Assembly: GCA_031291955.1 (NCBI GenBank)
Contig: JARLIA010000005.1
Span: forward strand, 74,034-138,033
DNA length: 64,000 nt
From: Minisyncoccota bacterium
Lineage (GTDB): Bacteria > Patescibacteriota > Minisyncoccia > Moranbacterales > UBA2206
Reading direction: 5' to 3'
The notes under the pieces were generated by a model. It worked only from the letters and a program-made list of their open reading frames with translations, made no database searches and was not told the DNA's origin. The stretch's first letter is position 1; each line of letters opens with the position of its first letter. A program made the translations under genes and the position numbers. Of this stretch, positions 33,230-42,667 are shown piece by piece.

Positions 33230-35971
33230 ATGAGAAAAATAAAACTTCTAGTTGTCTTAATGGTGCTGTCTTTTTTGGCGGTCTCGCCGGCTCTCGCGCA
33301 GACAGCCGCGCCGAATCAACCGGACGACACTGGTGTTGTAGTTATGCAAACAGTGTCGATTGCCAATGCTAAAATAGTTTCGCAAGATAAGAACAATGTG
33401 AAAGTTTCTTTCGATATCTATGCCGGACCGCAAGTCCAATCGGATGTGCGCTATGGAATAAGTCTGGAACCATTAGACGGGTCTGCTGTTTATGAAAAAG
33501 CGTTCCCAGACAACCTTACTATAGGAGCAAGTAAATCCGTTCACGAAGAAATCACTTATCAGGCTCCGGACTTCCTCGTTGGAGACTATCAACTGTATGT
33601 TGTCAGCAAAAATTCCCGCGGACTGCTTTTGAGCGAGAGATTGGCGGGCCAAGTAAATTTCAGCGGAACCGGCCAATGGATCGAGTTGGGGGATTGTTAC
33701 ATGACAATTCAAGGAGAAGCTGCTGCTACCCACTATGATCTTAATCAGGGCGTAGACATTAAACCCAGCGAAGTTTTGAAGGCTCATTGCAGTGCGACAA
33801 GTCATCTGTCTTCCCAGGCGACACTTCAGCCGTCTTTCGAAATAATGAGGCGGGGAAGTTACGGAGAAAGCGTACTAGTTCCTCAGGATGCTCTCCAGCC
33901 GCTTACCATCGCTCCAAATGAGACCAAAACATTGGATTTCGTCCTGCCGAAAGCTATGGAGCCTCAGGCTTATGATACGATTCTGACCTACAAAAATGCC
34001 AGCGGAGCGTCGGTGTCCAACGACATCGCTTTTCATTATGTTATTTTCGGAGAAAGCGCCACAATTCAAGGCGTTCAGCTTGACAAAAATTCCTACGCCG
34101 CCGGCGATACGGCCCAGGTGAGTTTCTTTTGGACGCCTTCCGCTGATATTTTTTCCGGCTCGCGATTTGGGGGAACTCCGGATAAAACAGCTCAAATAAA
34201 AATATCCATAACCGATTCTAATGGCCAAAAATGCGCCAATGATGTCGAGAAGGCGCTTGTGGATGTTTCGGGACTAGACAAGATGACTGTTTCAGTGGCG
34301 ATATCCAGCGCTTGCGCTAGTCCCAATGTCGCGGTGTCCATCGTGGACAGCACTGGCAATCAAACACTGGACGCGCTTTCTTTTGATATGACTCGCGGAA
34401 AGAATCCAACCACCGCCTCTCCTTCGCCATCCGCGAAAACATCCGGCAGTGATCTGAAAAAAGCAATCGCCCTTATTGTCGGCTTGCTGTTTCTCATTTC
34501 AATTATCTTTATTATCATAAAAAGAAACAACAAAGCGCGGATGATGATTTTTGTCTGCGGCCTCCTGGGAAGCGCGGCTATGTTCTTGGGAGTCGGCAGT
34601 GCCCGGGCGGATACACTGTTCAGTGTTGACAGGCGTTGCACAAAGGTAAATGGCGTAAACCATTGTGACGGTCCTACTGAATATCTTGTGCATATTGATG
34701 GTGTTAATAACGATATAATTGGCTATAATGCTAACGGTTGGCCGGAATTCACGCCAAATTCAAAAATAGATGTTTACGGAGAAACAGAATATAACACCAA
34801 CTGCAGCAATGGCCGCATACAAGGATCAATTTTGGATGTAACAATGAATAAAGGTTCCCAAGGCACCAATTCGTTTAATCTTTATGATACGATATATAGT
34901 TCATCCGGGGCCAATGCCCAAGGCCGTGTCACTCTTTATAACTCCACCAGCCAAAAGGTTACCTTAAGCTATGATTTTAGTACGATGATTACTGACGGGT
35001 CGGGGAAGAGTTATTATTTGTACGGTGAGCGTAGCGCCAAGGTAGCGCCTACTTTGATCATTCCGGCAGCCACCACCAGTAGGAAAGGAATAATAATTCC
35101 GGGTAAAAAAGTTGCAAATGTAATTGCGACAGATTCAGGCCCCAGCTATAACATATCAGGACCGGATAATTTTACGGTCAGCCAGGCTCTAGATGATGGA
35201 TGGTGGGGCGACGATTCTCAATCCGGTAATTACCAACCTGTCTCAGGCGTCACGGCGGAACTAGCTAATAAGGCAAAAATATCAGGCGGAAATTACAAGG
35301 ATTACGCTAAAGGAGACAGCATTGTGAATGCTCCAAGTACTCCAAATATGCTTACTGAGTGGGGCCATTTGTTTAATTATCCGTATTATGTTAAGTTTAC
35401 AGGCCATTTGGGATCAGTGGGCGGAACGCGGAATTATACAAACTCAACTGATATTTCTTATCTTGTCGTGGTCCCTGGCGTCTGCGACAGTGCTACTAAC
35501 GGCAAAACTCTTCCTTCTGTCCCAGCCACTAATTTATGCAGCGCTGGCACCGCTAGTCCAGTTGTTACCAGCACAAGTCCCTGGACGTGGACCTGCCAAG
35601 GAACTGTCGGAACTGCTCCGGCTAAATGCTTCGCCAACCAAACAGCATCCACTTCCTGCACCAACTCAACCCCCCCGGATTCTCATAGTTTAAAGTGCAA
35701 CAATAAAGCTCCGCTCACTAACACTTCCACTAATAAATTAGTTTCCAGTTGTAGCGGCTCAGACAATAATGGATATTGTGAATATTATTGCAATGGATAC
35801 AAATACCAAAACGGAAAATGTGTCCCTAAAGATCCTTCCTGCAGTCCGACCACTTGTCCGCCAGCGAATCAGATATGTTCCGGCGCATCATGCACCGAAA
35901 TCGACAAGTATTGCCATTCGACAAACATTCCCGGCACTAAAACTTGCAATTGGAGAGAAGTAGCGCCGTAA
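33230..35971 (+). CDS. large surface protein (913 aa): signal peptide, ectodomain, TM hairpin, second Cys-rich ectodomain
   Basis: N-terminal signal VLSFLAVSPALAQT. Central AIALIVGLLFLISIIFIII-KRNNKAR-MMIFVCGLLGSAAMFLGVGSARA. C-terminal CxxGxxSP..PWTWTCxG and multi-Cys tail. Confidence 0.8.
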   Translation: MRKIKLLVVLMVLSFLAVSPALAQTAAPNQPDDTGVVVMQTVSIANAKIVSQDKNNVKVSFDIYAGPQVQSDVRYGISLEPLDGSAVYEKAFPDNLTIGASKSVHEEITYQAPDFLVGDYQLYVVSKNSRGLLLSERLAGQVNFSGTGQWIELGDCYMTIQGEAAATHYDLNQGVDIKPSEVLKAHCSATSHLSSQATLQPSFEIMRRGSYGESVLVPQDALQPLTIAPNETKTLDFVLPKAMEPQAYDTILTYKNASGASVSNDIAFHYVIFGESATIQGVQLDKNSYAAGDTAQVSFFWTPSADIFSGSRFGGTPDKTAQIKISITDSNGQKCANDVEKALVDVSGLDKMTVSVAISSACASPNVAVSIVDSTGNQTLDALSFDMTRGKNPTTASPSPSAKTSGSDLKKAIALIVGLLFLISIIFIIIKRNNKARMMIFVCGLLGSAAMFLGVGSARADTLFSVDRRCTKVNGVNHCDGPTEYLVHIDGVNNDIIGYNANGWPEFTPNSKIDVYGETEYNTNCSNGRIQGSILDVTMNKGSQGTNSFNLYDTIYSSSGANAQGRVTLYNSTSQKVTLSYDFSTMITDGSGKSYYLYGERSAKVAPTLIIPAATTSRKGIIIPGKKVANVIATDSGPSYNISGPDNFTVSQALDDGWWGDDSQSGNYQPVSGVTAELANKAKISGGNYKDYAKGDSIVNAPSTPNMLTEWGHLFNYPYYVKFTGHLGSVGGTRNYTNSTDISYLVVVPGVCDSATNGKTLPSVPATNLCSAGTASPVVTSTSPWTWTCQGTVGTAPAKCFANQTASTSCTNSTPPDSHSLKCNNKAPLTNTSTNKLVSSCSGSDNNGYCEYYCNGYKYQNGKCVPKDPSCSPTTCPPANQICSGASCTEIDKYCHSTNIPGTKTCNWREVAP

Positions 35972-36094
35972 AAATTGCACCGATCTTTGCTAAAAATAAA
36001 AGAGAACGCTTCCGCGTTCTCTTTTTTTACAGGAGTTGCTGCTGCTGTTTTTGTTCTTTGATTTATGGTATAATAATTTCAGAAATAAAAAGCA

Positions 36095-37078
36095 ATGCCC
36101 AAAAACAAAATGCGATTTATCAATGATATTAATTTAAAAAAACAAGCCGATGATTTGGGGGTGAAGGTTTGGCAGACACCCAGTTTTCTTTTTATAATGA
36201 TGGGCTTAATCGCTGTTATCGTAATGACGGCTACCTATTATATTTCCGAAAGATACAATGATCCGCGGATAGTGGTTGTTTCTGAAAGTATTGTCGTGTC
36301 AGTGATTCTTATTATCGGCACGATTATCACTCGGATGGTAGACGAAATCATTCGATTGGACAAAATGAAAAGCGATTTCGTGTCTGTGGCTTCCCATCAA
36401 CTCCGGACGCCTCTTTCAGCGGTCAAATGGGAGACGGAAATTTTATTAGAAAAAGAAAATAAAGGTCTGACCGACAAACAGTTGAAAAATATTGAAAGTA
36501 TCGCGTTTCTCAACCAAAGGATGATCCGGTTGGTAAATGACCTGCTGGATGTAGCCCGTATCGAACAAAAGCGTTTGATCATCCGACAGCGCCGCTTTGA
36601 TTTTGCTAAATTGGTCGGGGATGTGTTTCGCCAGTTTCAGCCGACTTTTGAAGAGAGACATTTGGAAGTGGTTTTGAATGTAAAAAAGAATCTTCCCTGG
36701 GCAGTGGCCGATCCGGAAAAGATAAAAATCGTGGTGGAGAATCTGATCGGGAATGCCGTAAAATATACCACCAGCGGAGGGAAGGTGGAAACTTTGATTT
36801 ATTCTAAAGACGGATTTCTGATTTTTGAAGTCAAAGACAACGGAGTTGGCATTCCCGAGGAGCAGATTAGTCGGATTTTCAACAAGTTTTTCCGATCTGA
36901 CAACGCTGTCAAATATCAGACCGAAGGAACAGGCCTGGGTCTTTACATTGCTAAAAATATCGTGGAGCAATCCAGGGGGAAAATATGGTTTCAGTCTATT
37001 GAAAATGTCGGTTCGCTGTTTGCTTTTTCCATACCGGAAGCCAAAGAAGAACCCGATAAAACCGGGAAAAATGATTGA
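36095..37078 (+). CDS. sensor histidine kinase
   Basis: Two TM helices, H box SHQLRTPLS, N box NLIGNAVKYT, G boxes DNGVGIP and GTGLGL. Confidence 0.9.
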   Translation: MPKNKMRFINDINLKKQADDLGVKVWQTPSFLFIMMGLIAVIVMTATYYISERYNDPRIVVVSESIVVSVILIIGTIITRMVDEIIRLDKMKSDFVSVASHQLRTPLSAVKWETEILLEKENKGLTDKQLKNIESIAFLNQRMIRLVNDLLDVARIEQKRLIIRQRRFDFAKLVGDVFRQFQPTFEERHLEVVLNVKKNLPWAVADPEKIKIVVENLIGNAVKYTTSGGKVETLIYSKDGFLIFEVKDNGVGIPEEQISRIFNKFFRSDNAVKYQTEGTGLGLYIAKNIVEQSRGKIWFQSIENVGSLFAFSIPEAKEEPDKTGKND

Positions 37079-37124
37079 TCCGCAAAGTTATCAAACATAA
37101 TTTTAAAACGGGGGAAAACCAATT

Positions 37125-37502
37125 ATGAACGAGCAAAAAAAAATATTAATCATTGAAGATGAGGCGGCGCTTCAACAGGCCTTGATCGAGTTTTTGGGCG
37201 CGGAAAATTTTGCGGTGGTAAGCGCAGTTGATGGGCAGCAGGGGTTGGAATTGGCCAAATCAGAGGATCCCGATCTAGTACTTTTGGATATAATCCTGCC
37301 CAAGCTGGATGGTTACGCGGTTTTGGAAGAATTGAAAAAAAATGCTGTCACTAAAAACACCCCCGTTATTCTGCTGACGAATTTGGAAAGTGCCGAAGAT
37401 ATCCAAAAAGCATTCGATAAAGGAGCGACGACTTATCTGGTAAAATCGGAATATAGATTGGAAGATATTGTGAAAAAAATAAAAGAAACATTAAAGATGT
37501 AA
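37125..37502 (+). CDS. single-domain response regulator (CheY-like receiver)
   Basis: DLVLLDIILPKLDG phospho-acceptor region and a conserved Lys in YLVKS. Confidence 0.9.
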   Translation: MNEQKKILIIEDEAALQQALIEFLGAENFAVVSAVDGQQGLELAKSEDPDLVLLDIILPKLDGYAVLEELKKNAVTKNTPVILLTNLESAEDIQKAFDKGATTYLVKSEYRLEDIVKKIKETLKM

Positions 37503-37503
37503 C

Positions 37504-39270
37504 ATGCGAATCAGCAATACGCAACTTAGGGATTTTATCAAAGACTCCTCCCTGGTCAAGGATGACGAGCTGGAGGCGTCTTTTGCGGAAGCCGAGAGGG
37601 ACAAGAAGAAGTTGGGGGATGTAATGCTTGAGAAAAAACTGGTTGACGGAATCCAACTAAGGAAACTTTACGCGTATATTTTAGGCGTGCCTTACGTGGA
37701 AATTTCCAAGGAAGTCATTCCGCGTGAAATTTTGCAGATCATTCCCGAACCAATCGCTAAAAAATACAAAATCGTGGCTTTTGAAAAAAGCGGCCATGAA
37801 TTGAAAGTGGCCATGCTTAGCCCGGACGATATCCAGACAATTGACTTTATTCGCAAAAAAACCGGCCTCCGGATCGTTTCCTGTTTGACGTCGGAAGAAA
37901 GCATTGAAACGGTGCTTAAGCAATACAGCAAAAGCTTGAAGGCGGAATTTGGAGATATTATAAGCAAAAACGCGGAAGAAATTTCCGAAGCAGAAGATGG
38001 GGAAGATGAACAGGATTCGGAAGATTTGGAGAAAGTGGCCCAGGGACTTCCCATTATTCGGATTGTTGATACACTCATAAAACACGCCATTTTGCAAAAC
38101 GCCAGCGATATCCACATTGAGCCGGACGAAAAAGAAGTGCGGGTCCGGTATCGCATCGACGGGATTTTGCACGAAGCCATGATTCTTCCCAAGCAAGTGC
38201 GCGACGGGATCATTGCCCGCATTAAGGTGCTTTCCAATTTGAAGTTGGACGAGCATCGCGTGCCGCAAGACGGCCGATTCAAAATTGAGCAGGATGGTCT
38301 CAAAATTTCTTTTCGGGTCAGTATTTTGCCAATTTTCGATGGAGAGAAAATTGTGATGCGGTTGCTCAACGAATCATCCAAGGGATTGACACTGGAAGCG
38401 ATGGGACTCTCTGGAGATGGCTTGGAGGCTATTCATCGCGAGATCAAACGTCCCAATGGCATGATTTTGGTAACTGGACCGACCGGTTCAGGCAAAACCA
38501 CCACCTTGTATACGATTATGGATATTCTCAACACGCCCGACGTCAACATCAGCACTGTGGAGGACCCGGTGGAATATCGGATGCCGCGCATTAATCAGAC
38601 CCAGGTCCACCCGCAAGTTGGTCTCACTTTTGCTGCGGGCTTGCGTTCGCTGTTGCGGCAGGACCCGGATATCATCATGGTTGGCGAAATCCGTGACAAA
38701 GAGACGATGGAAATGGCTGTTCAAGCAGCCATGACCGGACACTTGGTGCTTTCAACGCTCCACACCAACAGCGCCGCCGGAACTTTGCCGCGGCTTATTG
38801 ATATGGGAGCCGAACCGTTTTTGGTGGCTTCGACTGCCAACGTGATTATGGCTCAGCGTCTGGTGCGGAAACTTTGCCACGATTGCAAGAAAGAATATGT
38901 GATGAACGACAAAGAACTCAAGACGCTCAAAGACAATTACGATATGGATGACATTCTGGAAAAGATAAAAGGAAACGATTTGCTGGTCGGCAAGCTGAAA
39001 GCCAAGGATGGTTGGGAGGACGTCAAGTTTTATCAACCGGTCGGCTGTGAGCAATGTAATCACGAGGGTTATCATGGCCGGAGCGGAATTTTCGAAGTAC
39101 TGCCGGTGGATGACGATATCAAAAAAATGATCACTCAAAAAGCCACCTCGGAAGAATTGGAGACAAAGGCCAAGGAAAAGGGGATGCTGACCATGATCGA
39201 TGACGGTTTTATTAAAGCCATTCTGGGAGTAACATCAGTGGAGGAAATTTTGCGAGTGACGAAAGAATAG
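37504..39270 (+). CDS. pilB: type IV pilus assembly ATPase PilB (GspE family)
   Basis: Walker A GPTGSGKTTT, Asp and His boxes, C-terminal tetracysteine CHDC...CEQC. Confidence 0.93.
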   Translation: MRISNTQLRDFIKDSSLVKDDELEASFAEAERDKKKLGDVMLEKKLVDGIQLRKLYAYILGVPYVEISKEVIPREILQIIPEPIAKKYKIVAFEKSGHELKVAMLSPDDIQTIDFIRKKTGLRIVSCLTSEESIETVLKQYSKSLKAEFGDIISKNAEEISEAEDGEDEQDSEDLEKVAQGLPIIRIVDTLIKHAILQNASDIHIEPDEKEVRVRYRIDGILHEAMILPKQVRDGIIARIKVLSNLKLDEHRVPQDGRFKIEQDGLKISFRVSILPIFDGEKIVMRLLNESSKGLTLEAMGLSGDGLEAIHREIKRPNGMILVTGPTGSGKTTTLYTIMDILNTPDVNISTVEDPVEYRMPRINQTQVHPQVGLTFAAGLRSLLRQDPDIIMVGEIRDKETMEMAVQAAMTGHLVLSTLHTNSAAGTLPRLIDMGAEPFLVASTANVIMAQRLVRKLCHDCKKEYVMNDKELKTLKDNYDMDDILEKIKGNDLLVGKLKAKDGWEDVKFYQPVGCEQCNHEGYHGRSGIFEVLPVDDDIKKMITQKATSEELETKAKEKGMLTMIDDGFIKAILGVTSVEEILRVTKE

Positions 39271-39348
39271 TCAGAACCACTGATTAACACTGATTATGCT
39301 GATTACACGTGAATTAATTTTTTTAATAAGAAATATAAACAACTTAGA

Positions 39349-40569
39349 ATGAAAGTTTTTTATTCGGCTAAAAGTTTCTCCGGCGAAACCAAGAGCGGAG
39401 AAATGGAAATCAAGGACGAGCGGGATCTGGCCATGCAGCTGCGCGCTGATGGTTATATTTTGACGTCCTTTAAAGAACTGAAAAGCAATAAGGAAAAAAC
39501 GGGGCGGATAAAATTCATGAACCGCTTTATTCGAATTTCGCTCACGGACAAACTCATGTTTACCCGTAATTTGAGCGTTATGGTTTCTTCGGGCTTGCCG
39601 CTTTCCAAGGCGTTGAAAAATATCGCCCTGCAGACCAAGAAAAAAAAGTTCGCCTCCATCCTTAATAAAGTATATGATGAAATCCAAGCCGGCAATTCCT
39701 TGGCCGACGGATTGAAGGAATATCCGGGAATTTTCAACGATCTTTTCGTCAATATGATCCGGGTCGGTGAAGCTAGCGGCAACTTGGACGAAGTGTTGGA
39801 CATTCTGGCCATTCAACTGGAAAAAGAACATGATCTGATCAGCAAGATCAAAGGCGCCCTGACTTATCCGGCCGTTATTCTTGTGGCCATGTTTGGAATA
39901 GGAATCATTATGTTGACCTATGTTCTGCCAAAAATTCTTGGGGTCTTTGCGGGGATGAATGTAGAGTTGCCAGAATCGACGAAGGTCGTGATAGCCATCA
40001 GCGATTTCTTGCGCTTCCATAGCATTTTGGCGATTTCTCTTTTTGTGGGCGTGATAGTTTTTCTGAAGTTCTATTTCATGACCGAGTCTGGCAAAAAAAC
40101 CTTGGGATTTCTGGCTATAAACACTCCGCTAGTCAGCAATATGGTCATCAAAATCAATTGCGCCAGATTCGCCAGGATCTACAGCTCACTTCTCAAATCT
40201 GGCGTGTCGGTGGTTGAATCGCTGCGCATTATTTCCGACACTCTGAATAATTATTATTATCATAACGCTTTTTTGGATGGCATGGACAAAGTGCAAAAAG
40301 GAATTCCGCTTTCCGATGTGATCGCCAAAAATACGAAAATCTTTCCCGTTCTGGTGTCTCAGATGATCCAAGTGGGGGAGGAAACCGGCAAGACCGACAT
40401 GGTGCTTTTGAAGCTGGCTGAATTTTATGAAGCGGAAGTTGATCAGCTGTCCAAAAACATGTCTTCCATCATTGAACCGGTGCTGATGATCGTTATCGGT
40501 TCAGCGGTTGGCTTTTTTGCTGTTTCCATGCTTGAGCCGATGTATTCCATCATGAACCAGATACAATAA
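39349..40569 (+). CDS. pilC: type IV pilus platform protein PilC (GspF family)
   Basis: Two T2SSF repeats and three TM segments. Typical length of 406 aa. Confidence 0.9.
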   Translation: MKVFYSAKSFSGETKSGEMEIKDERDLAMQLRADGYILTSFKELKSNKEKTGRIKFMNRFIRISLTDKLMFTRNLSVMVSSGLPLSKALKNIALQTKKKKFASILNKVYDEIQAGNSLADGLKEYPGIFNDLFVNMIRVGEASGNLDEVLDILAIQLEKEHDLISKIKGALTYPAVILVAMFGIGIIMLTYVLPKILGVFAGMNVELPESTKVVIAISDFLRFHSILAISLFVGVIVFLKFYFMTESGKKTLGFLAINTPLVSNMVIKINCARFARIYSSLLKSGVSVVESLRIISDTLNNYYYHNAFLDGMDKVQKGIPLSDVIAKNTKIFPVLVSQMIQVGEETGKTDMVLLKLAEFYEAEVDQLSKNMSSIIEPVLMIVIGSAVGFFAVSMLEPMYSIMNQIQ

Positions 40570-40570
40570 T

Positions 40571-40667
40571 CGCAAAACGCAAAACGTGGAACGTAAAACG
40601 AAAACAAAATGAGGAAAAAAATTAAAAAAATAAACAGCGCTCCACGCTCCACGCTCCACGCCCCACG
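40571..40667 (+). repeat. CGCAAAAC/GTGGAACG word palindrome that encloses the start codon of the next gene
   Basis: Left arm CGCAAAACGCAAAACGTGGAACGTAAAACG (40571-40600). Right arm GCGCTCCACGCTCCACGCTCCACGCCCCACG (40637-40667). The ATG at 40609 lies in the A-rich centre. Confidence 0.75.
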
Positions 40668-42012
40668 ATTTTCGGGGTTTACTCTCATCGAAGCCATGAC
40701 CTTGCTTTTTCTTTTTACCGTTATTGTTCTGACTTTTTATCAAGTATTAACGAAAGGAACGGGGTATATGGATTATTCCAAAAACCGCCTGGGGGCTTTG
40801 GCGGTGGCCAACGAGAAAATGGAAATCGCCCGGAACCTGGATTATGCCGATGTCGGCGCGACAGGAGAAGTTGCAAGTGGCAACATTCCCCAAGACGAAG
40901 ACGTGACCCAGAATGGCCATACTTATCACGTCCACACATTGGTGACTTATGTGGACGATCCGTTTGACGGAAAACTGGGCGGATCGCCCAATGATATGAT
41001 ACCCGAAGATTATAAATTGGTGGAAATTACTGTTTCCTGGAACACTGGCGGAGCGAATGCCGGAAGCGTTTCGCTCTCGTCCCGTTTCGTGCCGAATGGA
41101 TTGGAAATAGCCGATCCGAACACCGGCATTTTGTCGATCAATGTTATCGGGAGCGATGGTTCGGCTGTGACTGGTGCGGCCGTTCATATCGTCAATTCCA
41201 ATGTCGGCATCAATGAAACGCTCCAAACTGACGCGAGCGGAAACGCGATGCTGGTGGGCGCTCCGGCCATCCAAGATTATCAGATCATGGTTTCAAAATC
41301 TGGCTATGAAACCGTGGCAACTTTGCCGCCCTATCCGACTACGCCCTACAATCCAACCTATCCGTATCAGTCGGTGATAGCCGGTTCGCTCAACATAGCC
41401 AATATTATCGAAGATAAAACGTCCAATCTCACCGTCTCAACCACGGACCAATCCGGAAGTCCCGTGCCAGGTGTCGCTTTCAAGCTCTCCGGCGGACGCG
41501 TGCTGGGAACGCAGGCAATACCGCCGTTCGCGTCGGTCTATGATACTGATAATGTCAGCAACCAGACCGGGACGAACGGAACAAAGGAGTATGATGCCAT
41601 CAGTCCGGGCCAGTATACTTTTTCGCTCTCCGGTCCAGTGAGCGGCTACACGCTGGTTGGTATCGAGCCGACCTCGCCGTTCCCGCTGGCGCCAGGACAG
41701 AGTCTTAGTTTGAATGTGGGGCTGGCCAGTACGTCTGTCACCTCTGCTTTGATCAGCGTGTTCGACAGTGTGACTAACAAGGCTCTATCTGGTGCCAGTG
41801 TGGAATTGTCTAGTGCTTCCGGCTATGACAAAACGGTGACCACGGACAGTAATGGTACGGCTTATTTTCCCGTGACTGCCGGAGACGCGACATTTATCGC
41901 TGGCAACTATACGCTTAAAGTCAGCGCCAGCAGCTACCAAGCTGACACGGAGACAGTCATGGTGAGCAATGGCACACTTTTAAACAAATCGGTTTCACTG
42001 GTTGGCAATTAA
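40609..42012 (+). CDS. large prepilin-type protein (minor pilin / pilus-associated, 467 aa)
   Basis: G|FTLIEAMTLLFLFTVIV prepilin signal after an unusually long leader. Body of repeated beta-sandwich-like segments. Confidence 0.8.
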   Translation: MRKKIKKINSAPRSTLHAPRFSGFTLIEAMTLLFLFTVIVLTFYQVLTKGTGYMDYSKNRLGALAVANEKMEIARNLDYADVGATGEVASGNIPQDEDVTQNGHTYHVHTLVTYVDDPFDGKLGGSPNDMIPEDYKLVEITVSWNTGGANAGSVSLSSRFVPNGLEIADPNTGILSINVIGSDGSAVTGAAVHIVNSNVGINETLQTDASGNAMLVGAPAIQDYQIMVSKSGYETVATLPPYPTTPYNPTYPYQSVIAGSLNIANIIEDKTSNLTVSTTDQSGSPVPGVAFKLSGGRVLGTQAIPPFASVYDTDNVSNQTGTNGTKEYDAISPGQYTFSLSGPVSGYTLVGIEPTSPFPLAPGQSLSLNVGLASTSVTSALISVFDSVTNKALSGASVELSSASGYDKTVTTDSNGTAYFPVTAGDATFIAGNYTLKVSASSYQADTETVMVSNGTLLNKSVSLVGN

Positions 42013-42014
42013 AT

Positions 42015-42653
42015 ATGATTATTAACCGAAAAAAAATATTTCAAAACCGTTCCGGTTTGACGCTTGTGGAAATGATGATGGCCATTCTGATTTTTGTCAT
42101 TGGCATGGTCGGTTTCACGTTGCTTTTTTCCCGGACCTGGCAGATAAATTCCTACACGCTCCAGTTGGGCCAGGCTTCTCTCCAGGCTTCTCAAGGGATA
42201 AACAAATTAACCGATTATATCCGGGAAGTCAGCCAGGCGGACAGCGGCGCTTATCCGATTGTGTCGGCCAATAGCAATGATCTGGTGGTTTATTCCGATT
42301 ACAATAATGACGGCGCAGTAGAGCGGCTTCATTTTTATAAATCCGGCTCGAATATTCTTATGGGCGTTACCAATCCGACAACAACTCTGCCAAAAACCTA
42401 TCCGGTTGGCGATCAGCAGACATTTACGCTGGTATCCAATGTCGTCAATAGCGGCGTTCAACCGATCTTTTCTTATTACAACAATAATTATCCCGGCGAT
42501 ACGACCAATAATCCATTGGCCGTCCCCGCTGCGGTGGCCAATATCAGGCTGGTGGAAGTGCACTTGGAAATAAACACCAATCCTGCCCGGATGGCAAATA
42601 ATGTCGAAATGCAAACATTTGTGGAAATGCGGAATATGAATGACTATGATTGA
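42015..42653 (+). CDS. prepilin-type minor pilin (212 aa)
   Basis: SG|LTLVEMMMAILIFVIGMVG signal. Confidence 0.8.
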   Translation: MIINRKKIFQNRSGLTLVEMMMAILIFVIGMVGFTLLFSRTWQINSYTLQLGQASLQASQGINKLTDYIREVSQADSGAYPIVSANSNDLVVYSDYNNDGAVERLHFYKSGSNILMGVTNPTTTLPKTYPVGDQQTFTLVSNVVNSGVQPIFSYYNNNYPGDTTNNPLAVPAAVANIRLVEVHLEINTNPARMANNVEMQTFVEMRNMNDYD

Positions 42654-42667
42654 TCATATAGCGCACA

